DNA of 63,524 nucleotides, the filler included, from Stramenopiles sp. TOSAG23-3 (Eukaryota), in the NCBI GenBank assembly GCA_900128585.1. It is 6 parts of 6 records of this genome, joined end to end, with 100 filler letters (N's around TTAATTAATTAA, not from the genome) between each part and the next. Parts side by side here need not be neighbours in the genome. Positions count along the whole stretch, not along the records: positions 27,517 to 54,756 come from LT642263.1; 5 more parts are not named here. The stretch is one strand, 5' to 3'. Both the position numbers and the translations under genes were made by a program. Shown piece after piece: positions 29,145 to 43,200 of the stretch (positions are counted from its first letter, which is position 1; the number at the start of each line of letters is the position of its first letter). The notes under the pieces were generated by a model. That model saw only the letters and a list, made by a program, of their open reading frames with translations, searched no databases and had not been told where the DNA came from.

Positions 29145-30572
29145 ATGAGAATGTGTTTTCTACCGATTCTACTTTTCTCTCTTACTTCAACCCGTGCTTT
29201 GACTTTGATCTTTGATATTCATGTACAGCATGGTGGTTTTAGCAAAATGGGTACTTCATGTGGACAAACAGTAGTCATGGAAGTAGACGATACTGTATCA
29301 ACATCAACATACCAAGCAGAAGTCACAGACCCAGCACAACACCGCCTTCTTTACCATACATTATTCCTGGCACTGTTGTTCATTATTATGCCTTACATTG
29401 CAGCACTGTAACTGGTGTCGGTAGAGGTCTAAAGTGGACTGTTCGCGATGTAACAAGTGGTACAGTAACAACAACAGATTGGGTGAGCTTACGCATGGCC
29501 AAAAATAACAAACATTACAGATGTCGCCATCCCCACGGATGGCAGCGGTAAACTAACACTTTCGTGCAGTAATCTAGGTCCAGCCGATAACAAAAACATC
29601 CTGTATGCATATTTTGGACCGTCAACAAAACAAGCCAGAACCATTTGTACTTTTTTAGGCACAGAAGTATCATGCAATACCCCAATGAGCACTGGTAAAT
29701 TGATTCAATTCCTTATCATGATAGCTGGCTAATCAACGGAGAAATATACAATTAATTACATAGCACCTACACTTGAAACAATTACTACTATAACACAGTT
29801 TTCTACAAACGGCGGTGGTGTAATACAATTAAATGACCTTAATTTTAGACTTTTCCATAGATGCAAATTATGGAACTGTTATAAACTTTCAAGCAACTAA
29901 TTGTACAGTGCAAACGAGTCAAACTATGATTGAATGTACGACTGCGGCAGGTTTCGGGGCAAATTTGCCGTGGACTTTAAGCATGAATAACCAACCGGTT
30001 TTAACTAATGGTATAACCAACGAAACCAGTCTTCAGGCATCTTACGATCGTCCAACAATTTCAAGAATCTTACCATTTTAAGACAGTTTCAACGCCAATA
30101 TTGATGCACACCTTACAACAGGTTCTCAATATGTTTATGAGGTAGTGCGGCAACGGTTGATGTCTGGTATCAACAAAATGCAAATACAATACCTTCTGCT
30201 TCCAAAAAACACGCAGCAAATTCATGTGTAGTTGCGTCAGATTATATTCTAATCAAATGTGCTACAGCAGGTGGCATTGGTGTAAACCATTCATGGCATG
30301 TTGCAATTGCAGGTCAACAAGAGTCATTGACAAATGGAATAACTTCTTCTGCAGGTGTGGGTATTGAACAAGTTTTAAATGGTGGCGCAGAAATGTTGTC
30401 AGCTGGTGGCTCTGAAATAATGTTTGAAATACATAACCAAGGACCAGGCACTCCCGCAAATAAAATGTACCTGTCGTTTGACAATTTTCCCGCAAACAAT
30501 GCGTGTACTCATAACAGGAGGAAGAAATCCCGGACCGTGGTATCCACCAAAGAATTTAAGAGATTCACATAA
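29145..30572 (+). pseudogene. Decayed gene for a secreted or surface IPT/TIG-repeat protein
   Basis: Signal-peptide-like MRMCFLPILLFSLTSTRA, then recurring IPT-type motifs in different frames (GVGRGLKWTV; IECTTAAGFGANLPWTL; IKCATAGGIGVNHSWHVAIAGQ; SYDRPTISRI), broken by frameshifts and TAA stops at 29730 and 30079. Confidence 0.7.
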
Positions 30573-30846
30573 TAGCCCAGCAAATTATTTAAGTTATATG
30601 AGACACAAAAAACAACACTTTGTACAACTGGGCAAAAAACGGTGAAGCATGTCGAAATTCAGGTACACCTTCAGGAGTTTTTGTTGGACATAATGGACTA
30701 GTTAATGTCCATTAATAACACGCAGGATAGAAATCGTGGATAAATAAGAGTACTGAGAGAAGCATAAACATTTTAATATAACGAGACTGATTATAATATT
30801 CAGATATTAAAAGTCTAAAATATGATTTACTGGACATTAAAATTTG

Positions 30847-30956
30847 AAATACCTAAATAACAGCCATTATTTGTTGTGTCATGAATTGCTTAGAAATAAA
30901 TTCGCAATTTTTAAATACCTAAATAACAGCTATTTTGTTTTTAACATGAATGCTTT
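30847..30956. repeat. Degenerate tandem duplication, 66-bp period
   Basis: AAATACCTAAATAACAGC at 30847 and 30913, each followed by similar TATTT...CATGAAT(T)GCTT. Confidence 0.7.
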
Positions 30957-31271
30957 CCGTGCGATGCGGTAGGACTTGTTTTCATACTTCTTTCCATGCA
31001 ATACGAATTTGCTTTTACCAATTTGCTTTTCTATTAAATCAAATGCATAATATCATAAATACTTCGGAGCTAACAATGCGGCACACCGCCGCGCAATACG
31101 ATCCAGCGAAAGACTTTCGCCTTTGTTACCACTGTGGACTAATGTAAACCCCACCAAGAGCTTCGTCTGCGATTTCTCTCGTGCTGTGATATCAATTTTT
31201 GCCTCGCGTAAATTATACTTTAAAACTTCTAAAAAGTGAAATTTATATGTGCTGGGAACAATGCATGCATA

Positions 31272-34200
31272 TCAAAAATGTTCGTGTTGCAATTCGTACG
31301 GCCAACGAAGAAATCCTTTTCGCGGTCTTTGCGCTTTAATGGGGTGTTGCGGTGATGAACCCGATCTAGGAGAATGCTTTGTTGAAGTGCTTTTATTTTT
31401 GTCTGCTGCTAACTTTTTATTTGAAATTTCCAAAAGATTTTGTGACCATAACAGCTTCTCCTGTTTCACACCATTATTATTTAAACGCACAGTTTTGCTC
31501 ACCAGAGCCTCTACTTTATCTAGTAAAATACGAGGACTGTCAACTTGCTGAAAGTATAATCGCTCTATTTCGCGGTTAAATGTTTCGGGAACAAGGCCGT
31601 CTTGTGGCCCGGGGCGCAATTCGTCTTGAAATGATGGTAAATACTTGCCGATGTTATCTTTGCCATCTTGGGCACTTACTTTCTGGGCGCCGAACTTTTT
31701 GTTTGCGTTTTCAACGTCCTCGTCAGACTCTACACTTCTTGTTGCAAATGTTTTCTGCAGCGATTGTGTCCTTCGTATCCCCTTCAAACCCCATATACCC
31801 AGGTATTGGCCTGACTTGAAAATCAAGATTTGAACGAAGGTACAAACAATTAGCATACCAAGTATTAGAATTAAACCCATTGGGAAGTCATCGAATGGAT
31901 AATATCGCGGTAGTTCGTCTAAACTTGAATACAACATAAACAGAGCATACACTGTTATGATCTGCCCAAGAGTTACGATTGAAACTAGAAAATAAAACTG
32001 CTCTGAAAAGCACATTTGGTGAATCTTCAAGAATGAACTCTGCTCTGCGCGAAATTGATGTGCTTTCGGTTCATTCTCATCGCCCCATTCTGGGTCAACG
32101 TCTCTGAAATTTTCATCCAGTATCCATCTCTTCTTTCTCCCATAAAATTTGTTTGTCATATCCTTTAAATAATGATGAATTTTCATTGCAAAAGCAAATT
32201 CTAAAATATTTTCAACGAATGCGTCAACAATAACCTGAAATACAAAAATTACCACTCCAAAAAATATTGTAATGAGCAAATCTTTTTGACCATACATGGA
32301 TTCTACTTTCAAAAAATCAGAAAACATAATCACTAAAAGAGCAACAGGTATAGTAAACATTTGCGAGACAGTTGCCGTTGAATTCAAATACTGATGCTGA
32401 ATAATTTTGGTCAATTTTTTAAGATCATTAGGTTCCGCTTTCTTTTTGTCTTCTGCGTCATCCCGCTCCTCCTCCACTGCCCATAAACTCTGTAATTTTT
32501 TAATAATAGCAGCATATTTTTTAAAATGTTCTTCCAGCTTCGGCATAATTGCTTGTGCTAGGGGAGACAATAATTGAGTACCAGACGCAAACACTACCAG
32601 CATAATGTAATTTATCATAAATTGCGTAAACGCTACAGTACCCATGGACATTGTCTTGATGATTGTTTCCTGGCACATCCTGTACGGTGCAGTTGAAAGT
32701 CTATCCGGTATTGCCTGGTCCAGATAAGTCAGCAAACCTGCACCCGATACTTTCATTATTAACGAATACAAGGACACGTCTGCTTTGTAAAAAGATCTAT
32801 TGAGAGAAGATAAATAAAGCGTTAGAGAGTTAAAGGGAAAGGGGAGGGAAAACGTGGTTAACGGGGCTAGAAATTTTATTAGCAACTACTTACGTTCGCG
32901 AAATCATTATCATCAAAGTCTGAAAAAAGATGAAGCCTATAGTATGCAGCAATACCTGACTTCTTCTCCACAAATTCTTTTTTGTCACACTATTTTTTTC
33001 TTTGGGCTCTAGTGGGTTTGTTGCATTTGCAGCTTTTATAACAATTATAACCCCCAGCAAAGTGTACGACAGACCCATTCGTCCTTGTTGGGTGGTTTTT
33101 ATCACCATTTCGGAACGTTCACCAAAGTAGTAGACATTGCCGTCTAAAGAATCTGTTAATAGAGGCCCCAAATAATCTTTATGCAATATCATTTGAACAA
33201 TAAAAACTATGAGAAATGTGGGAAGAAATGCATAACCAAACCCTAAAATAGCAGGCCCACCAATTAATGTTATCCCGCTAAGAATTTCCATCTGGGGGTG
33301 TGGGATTACAGAATTAAAACGCTTCGATTTCAGCAGTGCCCACCAAATAGAAAAAAACATCATGGTTATAAGAATCCCAACAACAAACGAAATAAGTACA
33401 TACAGCGGCATCGGGAGGCTAAAGTTATCTAAAAGGCCCATGTAATCCAAATGTCTAAATGTTGTTCTAAATGTGTACTCTAGATGCCGTTGTCTCTCCA
33501 GGTTTGTTCTGGCTGAGGTGTATGCTGCAGAACTCCTGTAGTCAGAGAAATATATTGTTGCTTTCGCAATTTGTTTCCTATCTTCCAATTCTTGCCAAAA
33601 TTCGACGAGCATATGAACAAGTTTCGGGTAAGATCGTGGACCTTCATTTTCTACGGGCTCCGCTACAACGACAGTGCCTGTTCTAATTACTTCCTCGTTA
33701 ATATTCACTTTTGCTTTCATCGGCGAAACGGGAACAGCGTGGTACAGACGATACCGATCTAGTTTTTCGTTTTCAAACTTAATGAGTCGATTTACTTCTT
33801 CGCTCTGTTTTTTCTCGTTGATAGCCGTACCCATAGCTTTTAGCCACCCACCAAATTCGTAGCTTTTCATGGGTTCTCTAGACAAGAAAAAAAGGAATTC
33901 GGGAAAATTGCCTTCAAACCAGTAAGCCCGTGACGCGTCACCAGTTGTGATATCTTCCTCGTAACGGCAATGTAACCGGACATCACAATAATCGGTTAAT
34001 TTCTCCGAAGAAATCAAATCGAATTGGGATGTGGTGGTTGTTTCGTTAGGTGAACGGAATATGCACTGTTCAGAATTTTGAAACAATTTCCAGAGAGGCA
34101 CGTGGCTATCGTAACCAGCACAATTGGATACGTATGGCATGTATGGAAGTGTCACATGACTTAGGCCGCCGGTCCAAAACCCACTCGCAGTCCTCTTTAT

Positions 34201-37200
34201 GTCATCTGGTAACCTGGTCGTGCCCCTTGACACGGGATCATCTGGGCCAAGCTGAAATTCCGATGCTGCAACGTCTAAGTTGATATCATACCCCCTTATT
34301 GATTGGTCGTGTTGTAACGATTTCATCAAGGCCCATTCTCTGGTGTTTTTTGCAGAGTTTAAAATTGATTTTTTCGAACCTTTGTTAACGTAAACAATAC
34401 CATCAATTTCCTTTTGCACCACTAAATCAGGCTTATATGGAGCAGCATCTTTCAGAATTAACGAGCCAAACAACACTTTATGCGGTCCCCTGGATAATTT
34501 GTGCTCATTCGGGGTTAATTCATCGGTGTAATCCCTTGCGTACATTGTAGCAGCACTGTTTAGTGGCTCAGATTCATGCACATAATGGTTGTGTAAATTC
34601 AGGGGCAGTGACCACGTAAATATTCCCGAGTTGTATATCGCAATAAAGCTCTCGTAAATAGTATCGCCAGAAAGCATCGGTACTTGTGGTTGTTCCACCA
34701 CCCAACGCAATGAATTTGAGAACAAAGGAAAAGCATTGCTGTAGTGCCTCCCGTTTAGTACTTCAATTTCTATCAAAATCGTGCAATTACGTCGAGCCAA
34801 TGCTGTCAGATGTATTAACCCCGTTGATGCAAGTTGTTGACGAACCTCCGATGTAAGCCCAAGTTTAGTGCTTCCACCCACTGTGGAAACTTGTCGAGCC
34901 GTTTGAGGAAGGCCGTAACGCTTTACAATATTACCCTGCAGTGGCCCCTTATCATTTGCGCAGCTCCTCGTGTTTGTGGTTGTTCCAACCTTCAGAACAC
35001 GGCACGGCCTCCCGATATCAACGCCCACCGGGGGAATTTCGAATTTACTGCCATCATCTGTAAACATAACGCCAAGCTTTTCACGAGACTTGAAGTGTTC
35101 ATTTTTAATATTTTTACACCACGACAAACACACATCTCGACCTCTTTTTGTTTGCTCAAGACGGTAATCAAACGGGGTCTTAATTCGAATATCGCTGCTC
35201 ATTTCATCGTTACATCTATCCGTGTAGAAGTTGCCACCAGTGCCCCCACAACATACACCATCTGCTTCACAATGTGAATTTAAATCTTCAGATGCCATTA
35301 ACTCTAAGAACTCTATATTCGATAACATGCTATCGAGCCCTGCATATGTATCGAAGCGGGTTTTCTGCGCTGGATAGTCAAAACCGGGTAAATTGTTTTT
35401 CCTGACTTCTTCAAACGACAACTGGTTGTCTTTGTTCTCGTCAAACTCGGCTTTCATGTTTGCCCAATTGTTCCACGGGGACTGCTGCCATTGCATCTGG
35501 CGAACAGTCCTCACTTTTCGCTGTTTGATTTCACTGCCCATGTAACCTAGAGACGTATAACAAGAATCAGCCGTAGTCGTCGTGCACCCGACAGGATTTT
35601 TAGCATTCTCTGGGTGCAATAATTTATCGATCACGCCGTTATCCTCCGTCCGGCCTCCAAAAGGGTCCAATTCTGAATCAAAACGGCACTGATTTGGTCC
35701 TAGAGTTGGCACTGGCACTCCGATAAGGCACCAAGAACAGTCATAGTCATACTGGCACCGTTCCCCAAACACTCGACGCTCCTTCTTTCCACCATAATCC
35801 GAGTCTAAGGCTTTCATTGCGGAATCCCACTGCTCTGTCCAGCGTCGATATGGGAAACTCATATATTCGTCTTGTATATTATGAAAATCAATTATTTCTT
35901 GATCGAATTTGGATGCTTTGTCTTCCGTGCCCGCACCTATACTAGCTTCATATTGGTAAAACGGACTGTACCGGGAGTCTTCACCTAATGCTATTAAAGT
36001 ATCATAATCGATTACCGGAAAGTCGTCCACGTATAATGCTATTCTGTAGTCATTATCGTACACAAGACCACTGGCAATAGCTTTTGAAAAATTAAATCTA
36101 AAGTGAGCAACTTGCAAGGTTTGTATTGCGTAAGAAAATGTTGTGTCTTCAGGGTTCAGTATAGGCAAATTGTCCCAATTCGTTGGAGAGGAAATGTCTC
36201 TGGTGCTGGATAGTTGCTTGTAAGCATATGGGTCTAACTCAAAAGAAACATGGGTCGTGGGGTTAATAGAAACTACACGGTCACCATGAGTCCTTAACCA
36301 GTTCTTATCCAATATACAATCATGAACAGACCCTTTCTGAGACTCTGATTTAGTGCCTGGGGGGCAAGGCACACCAACCCACGACCCGGAGGGGCAATAA
36401 TGGTTCTTAGGGCAACTACTCTGTTCTCTTTGGGTTTTTAGCGTTCCCAGGGGGCAAATAAAATTCTCGGGGCAAACACCAGATTCCCGGGCCTGCTTTT
36501 GAGTAGACTGCTCGTATACGGATCGAATGGTCGAAACTTTTTCTTCTTTCTCAAATTGGACGCTTTTGAAGGTCTCTTGCATACAATTATCTGCCACCTC
36601 TTTGAAGAAGGCAGACCCAGGCTTATCGCCCGGTTGTGTGCCGAACAATATCCCAGAATATGTGCCTAAACCGCAGTAAAAGCCAGCAGGGCATTTCATA
36701 GAATCAAGGTACTCACTCGTACCTGAACTGCAGAGGAACCCTTCCTGGCATTCTTTACAATGAGAAATTTGCCCACTTGGCTGCACTCGTTTAAAGCAAT
36801 CAGTTTGTCCCAAAAGATCGCAAAAAAATCCCGATGGTGTCGACATACATGTGGACGAAGAGTTTGAGCCCGTGAAGGGTAAATACGTTCCTTGTGGGCA
36901 GTCTTGACACCGGACTTCTTTCCCAGTCATCGCATAGGATAATTCCATGAAGCGCCCCTTTTGGCATGTCTTACAGCCGCTTTGGCGCGTTTCGTCATTA
37001 TAGGTACCAGATGGGCAAGTTTGACACTCTTCCGACCCAGTAATTTTGCTGAATCTCCCAGTTGGGCAATCAACAGGAAATGATGCGCCGGCTTTCGGTA
37101 CATGAGTTCCAGGAATCGCAGGGGTTGGATCTGTCGAACCTCTAGGGCAGAACGTTCCAGCAGGGCACTGACCACTTCCTTTTTGTGTTGCGCAGCCAAA

Positions 37201-40200
37201 TTCAATGTATGCTTCGCCTGTGAAAGGGTTGGTTGACTCTGTGCGACATAATCCCACCCCGGGTTGACAGTAATACCCAGGCGTGCACAACTGGGGCCAG
37301 CCCGCCTCTCCCTGTTTGGCACCGTTGAACTCGTTGGTAGAAACTCCCGGGAGACAAAAGGTACCATTTGGGCAAGGCATTGGTCCTTTAAATACAAAAC
37401 TGTGTTCTTCTGCTGTTGCAACTATCCCCAATGCCTCTCCGCTGTAACCAGCATGATGATTTGGATCAACGCCTTGACCAGGAAACCTAGTGTTTGTCCC
37501 TTCTTCACAGTAATGCCCTTTCAGACACTGTATTTGCTCGCCTGAAAACGCCGGAGCGCATTGGGGACAAGAGGGGTTGCACGTCCAGCATATTTCACTA
37601 TGCCGGCAAATGCTGTCAGCTTCAATCCACTGGCACAAAAATGTTTGCCGACATTGGCCTACGTTTAAATCTTTGCAAACAACGGTGGAGCTCGTATACG
37701 CCGGTCCTAAACAAGTCCGTGAATCATCTTCCGCGTCAATAGTACTTTTTCTGACCGGGTATATTTCACAAACATCTAATTGACATATGAATCCAGCCTT
37801 GCACGGAATCCCGTCATACATGCGCGAGTTGGGACACTTCTTCCCGGGTGGACATTTTCTGCATTCTTTTAGCCCAAGGGTAGGACCGTACGTTCCAGGT
37901 GTGCACGTTTGGTCCAATGAACGGCCTTCTGTCGTAGATGCACGGCCCCGTCGCGCATAAGGGGCACTGATAATATCGGCGCCTGTAGTAATATTTTTCC
38001 CAGATGTTATGCCAAGAGCATATGAGCAGCGGATAATTTGGTCAATCGGTATTCCAGGAGTAAGCAAAGAGGGTGGTTTTGTGCCCTGGCAACCAACAGC
38101 AGATTCGTTACGAATACATCGTGGACACTCCAGCGGGCAATTATCAGTACTATCGGTATTCGGGCTGCACAACTTGATGCAATCTAGATGGTTCATTGGG
38201 CACTCGGGGCTGGCGTCCATTTCAACGGAGCAGCTCTTTTCCCCACGATACCAGTCATGGGTTTGGCACATCTTATTCTGTCCGCATTTGAAAAGGGAGC
38301 AAGTTTGGATTTCTGGTAAATCCCGGCCTACGTAGGCGTACAATGTTTGGTCAAACGTTTCAAATATTGATTTTGGAGATGGGCAAAATTGCCCTTTCGG
38401 GCATTTACCGCTTCCTGCCGGAGACGTTGCGCCATATCCACAAAAAAAATTTTGTAAGCATGGCTGTGGGTAACTATATTGTGTAAAATCGACTGAAACC
38501 TTCAGATTTACTTTTTCCGATGGTTCTGTTACAGGAGGTGGAAATGTTCTCGGGGCTTTGTCGTCGTCGGCATTATATATACTTGTACAAAACTGCCTTG
38601 TTGGCTCTGTTATATAAGAATAGTCTGATCCACTGACCTGTATTTTGTACTGTTTTGTTACCGAGTCGCAGTTTTTTCCATCCAGTGAATATTGACCCTC
38701 TTGGACTCCCCACGTGCTAACATCTCCCTGGGTTGAAGCAAACACCGCAAAATATTGACCTTCGTAAGACGCACGAAAAAACTGTACTATCTTACCGCCT
38801 ACCTTGATTTCCTTCAGATTATTAACGGGGAGATCTTCTTCCCATTTATCGTTTGCTCCACCAACTATACATTCCGTGGGGCGCGGACAATTTTCGTACG
38901 CGTTCCACTTCGCTACACCGGCAAGACAAAACACACCTGGGGGGCACTGAATTGGACCACCGCATTTCTCAGATTCACACTGAAAATACAAATGTCGTTC
39001 ACTCCGTAGTTCTAGGAACGCAAAGTCAACCCCATGATTAAAAGGGTCGTAAAATGCTATTTTGTCTTGTACATCGGGATAATCTTCCTTATTAACCATG
39101 GTAATTTTCGGGAAATATTTCGTGCCATCAGAGATTGCACAGCCGCAAAACTGTTCGGGGCAAACTAAAGAAATATTAAATATTCGAGCCGGTTGATAGA
39201 AATACATAACAATCTTATTTGACAAAAGGTTTCCCCCATAATTGATTGCACTAGCAATGATGCACTTCTCATTCGGCAACTGAATACTTTTGGAAACATC
39301 TTCCCCGGCAAAGATTCTATCAGACAAGGGATTGGAATAATGCAATGTGATATGTTGCATGAAGTTGAGATTATCCCCAAGAAAAAGTGTAAAGTAGGCA
39401 TCGGAAAATCCTGCGCCTGAGAATGCACTCTCCAAACTCACCGTCTTTGCCTCCCTCGTCAGTATTCCATGGGATGATATGTGGGGAACATTTTTTGACA
39501 TAATGGAGAAGTTCATTTGTTTCAGGCATTTATTTCTAGCGCGTTGCTGGGAAGTGCAATGGATTGCAGACAAAGGTCTAGCAGGACGACCGTTTCGAAA
39601 TTTTAGCACAAGAGTGCGATTTTTTTGAGTTGCATTCCCCTGCCATACTGTATCCCGCACTAAGTAGGGGAAGCTTTCCTTCAAATGTTGGTATAACTTG
39701 GTTGACGAATTGCTTAGTGCACAGGGGCTAATGCAAGAATTGCTCTGGAGTCCTGGGTACAATAAACGAATATCATCCATCTCACCGCAATCAAAATTAA
39801 TAGGAATAGTCTGCTCTAGCACGAGCTTGATAATTCTCTTTCCCGCATCAAATAGCTTTGCGTTTAAAGCGTGGACTAAACACGTACCACCAAACCCACA
39901 TGATATGACGGATCCTTCGGCGGCAGTATCAATTTGATAAATTCTGTCGCCTGCTTTGAAACTATGGTACCCCAGGAAAGAAATATTTTGAATAGACGTT
40001 ACTGTGGATATGAAAGCTCGCCCAGCCTCATCTACTAATTTAATAGGTGTCGTAGGCGGCAATCCTGTTGACCGGTTATATAGCTTTACAACCGTGACAT
40101 TTCCGTCTCTGTTTGAGATATTTTCAACGTTTTTGCTCTCCCACCTTTGATTACAATCTGCATGTACCTGCAAGTGAAAACTTTTATTCCTTTGTATCTC

Positions 40201-43200
40201 TATGGTGTGACTCGTTCCGGTGGAAAGGGGGGGAAGAGATAAATTACTCCAATATCCGGATTTTACCACAGTCTCGTTATCATTGCAACTAGAAAGACGG
40301 ATATCGTGCGAAAATGGTGGCATTGCAGAGCCTATTAGTATTCGTTCCCAATTTAACATTGACTTCTCTATAGCAACAATAGCATAAAATTTTGTTCTTC
40401 CTAATTTAAAAATATTTGTTGACTGTAACAAGCGACTGGTCATACACTCTGTTGACCTCTGCTGGGAGTCTACAAACTTGAATGACCCAGTCGTGGTACT
40501 TATGTTGCTTTCGATCATATACGGCGCAGATGACACACATTTTGATTGAAGAACATCTACTTTGTCATCTTTATTCAAGGCGTCTATCATCTCAGAAAAC
40601 TCCGTAATTCGTGGGTCGCAATTCGGAGGTTGTGAAAAAGAAAATGTTGTAACAGGTAGCACGTTAGGGGGATCGATTATATCAATGTTAATTATTCCAT
40701 CCGGCTCTTGCACAGTCACGTCTACATTACTAATATTAGGCAACGATAGCAGGTGATTTTTTAACTCTTCAATATCTATGTTCGAGCAAGATATTTTAAA
40801 GCACGCATGTTCCCCTGTCGGCGTAACGTAATGGCTAATGGAAGATTTATATCCAAACCGCATGTATGGTTTTGATGCGTCACACTGAAAAATTAGACGC
40901 GTTTCGCCGATCACTATTGGAGGGGCGTGTGTTGCTTTCTTTTGCGTAACCCTTAATTCAATATGGTAAAGTGCATGCATAGAGTCAAAAAAACGCCTAA
41001 TGCTACCAAATGTTCCTTCCATATTTTGCATAGACTCAGCCTGCACTGTGACGTTGTGGATATTGGGGAAAACATCTTTCAACGCATTTGAAATGTTCAT
41101 TTGTCCAGCCCCTGTTCCTAAATTTACATAATCAATGCATGGCGATATATGTTCCTTTTGCCGCAAATAAAACTGCCCCGTGTTGCCCACAAATAAATTG
41201 CCGTCAGTATGAAACTTAATTTGATCGGTCCAAAAAGAAATTTTGTGAACATTTTTGTGCTTTGCAATTGGGCTGGTTGACGAAAATATATCAGGGGCAG
41301 TGACCACATGGACATCAAATTTTGTATAACTCGAAGCGGCATAAGATTTAAGCACGTATCCCTCAGCGCTTACATTATCCGCCCCTGGTTGCACTAAGAA
41401 ATCATCAACTTCCAAAAAAATAGCATGACTGAATACAACACTTTGAACAATTGATATCGAGTACTCGAACGCACTATTAGGCACAGTGGAGTTATACGAG
41501 TAGAATTTTATTCTGTTGCCAGTTGCAACGATGCTCTTGTAATGGGGCGAATTTCGACGTAGCTCGTTCTGTTTTAAAGTTGCAATACTCCTTTGTCCAC
41601 TTAACCTGTCTACCGTTTTTACTTCAAAATTATGTGTGCACGATGCGAGGCTAGACAAATATAGAATTTCACCTGTTTGCACAGGTTGCCAAAAATTCTC
41701 GGGTAAAATGCTGCTGTTGTTCCTGTTAACAGAGTCAGGTGTGTTCGAGACGCTGTTTCGTCGGAAAAACTGCAAATTTCCTGAATTGTTGCTTAATGGG
41801 CGAACGACTAATTCTCCAGGTAGGTATGAATTTCTAGATTCTTGAAATTCTCCTTGAAATAACACATTTTCAGACAACAGGGCCCAGAGTCTTCTTTTGT
41901 CGACAAAATATTTGTTGTCCCCTAGAGCAAATCGTGATCGTACAGGTGGAGAGGCAATAGAAATAAGTCGGCTATGGCCATCATCATCAGACACATTAAG
42001 AGGCCACCCTGTTCGAAACGTTTTTCCTTTACTCACAACGTGAACAGTATAACTGCATGTATTATTCACACAAGCTATCGCGTTCACAAATCCCTCCGCA
42101 CTTGTTGCAGGCTGAAAAATACGAGCGTTGGTCTTTATCCAGTTGGAGTTCAAGATATCAAAGCGAAGCACATGAGTCAATTCAAACGTATTCAACATAT
42201 TGTAGTTGGCAAAAAACTCTCCTTCAACCATAACTTTGCACGAGCCTTCGCTCTTTTCTATACTGAATGCATCCTGGTCGAACAAAGTCCCTCTACCGTC
42301 GATCTGAAGTACTGATAATTCACCCTCCTCAAAAGCAATTTGTGTAATTTTGTCTCCTGGCAGACAGCAGTCACGGTGATCTTGGCATTCTTTGGCGTGT
42401 GTGCCAGAGACGCTCGCCCCCACAAAGTTAGCGTTGACGCACATGCGAGGAAGTATACACGCTGGTTTGAAACAAGCAAAAGAATGAAACGGAAATTTAC
42501 AGCATTCGAATTTATTCAATTTTTCTTCTGAGCATTCTTGAACACAGCAGTCTCCCATGCTGCCGCTCGATTCTAACTCGTTAGCATTGCAAGACAAGTC
42601 TGCGTTTCGTTCGCAACAAAACGGCAACTGCCCTTTACAATCTGAGTCCAATCTACAAGATTTCCCGTGGGTTATGCCCCCTCGGCAAGTGCCTTGACGA
42701 TCCTGGGCCAACATAGTCATTAAATCCATAGGCTCGCATGTGTGTGACCTGCACGGCGTAAGAGTTTTTCTGCCTTGGGGACAGTAGTGACCAGCACTAC
42801 ATGGAGTTCGTGGGAATGTCAGGTTTTCGGCGTTGCAAATGTACCCCGGGGGGCATGTGACAGTTGAAACAAGCCCAGTAATTTCACTATTATCAGTAAA
42901 TACTGCAGGACAAATAGACCCAATTGGACACCCTTTGCAGTCTTCCCTTCGGGGCACATCATTATATGTGCCGGGTTTACACCTTACACCCTTAATTTGC
43001 CCCAGTGATGGGCATCGATTCCCTGCATCGCACGCAACCCTTCCGAGTTTTGCAGGCTGAAGTGATTCGTATGCAGGACAGTAGAATCCTTTTGGGCACG
43101 CCCCCTGCCCCTCTGGCAACGAGGAGCCCCGTTCACATTCGAAGCCGGAATAACACACATTTACGGCCCCATTAGTAAAACTTCGTGCCCCCGCATCTTC

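Noticed and set aside
29145-30572. In-frame TAA stops as evidence for a TAA=Gln genetic code
   Set aside because: Conserved genes (H2B, COX17, RPS9, RPL27) end at TAA, the 21.9-kb exon on the same contig has no internal TAA, and this region also has frameshifts.
32885-32893. Apparent stop readthrough or programmed frameshift between the 7287-aa and 537-aa ORFs
   Set aside because: The TAA is part of a GTAAGT donor; a canonical 97-nt intron explains the join.
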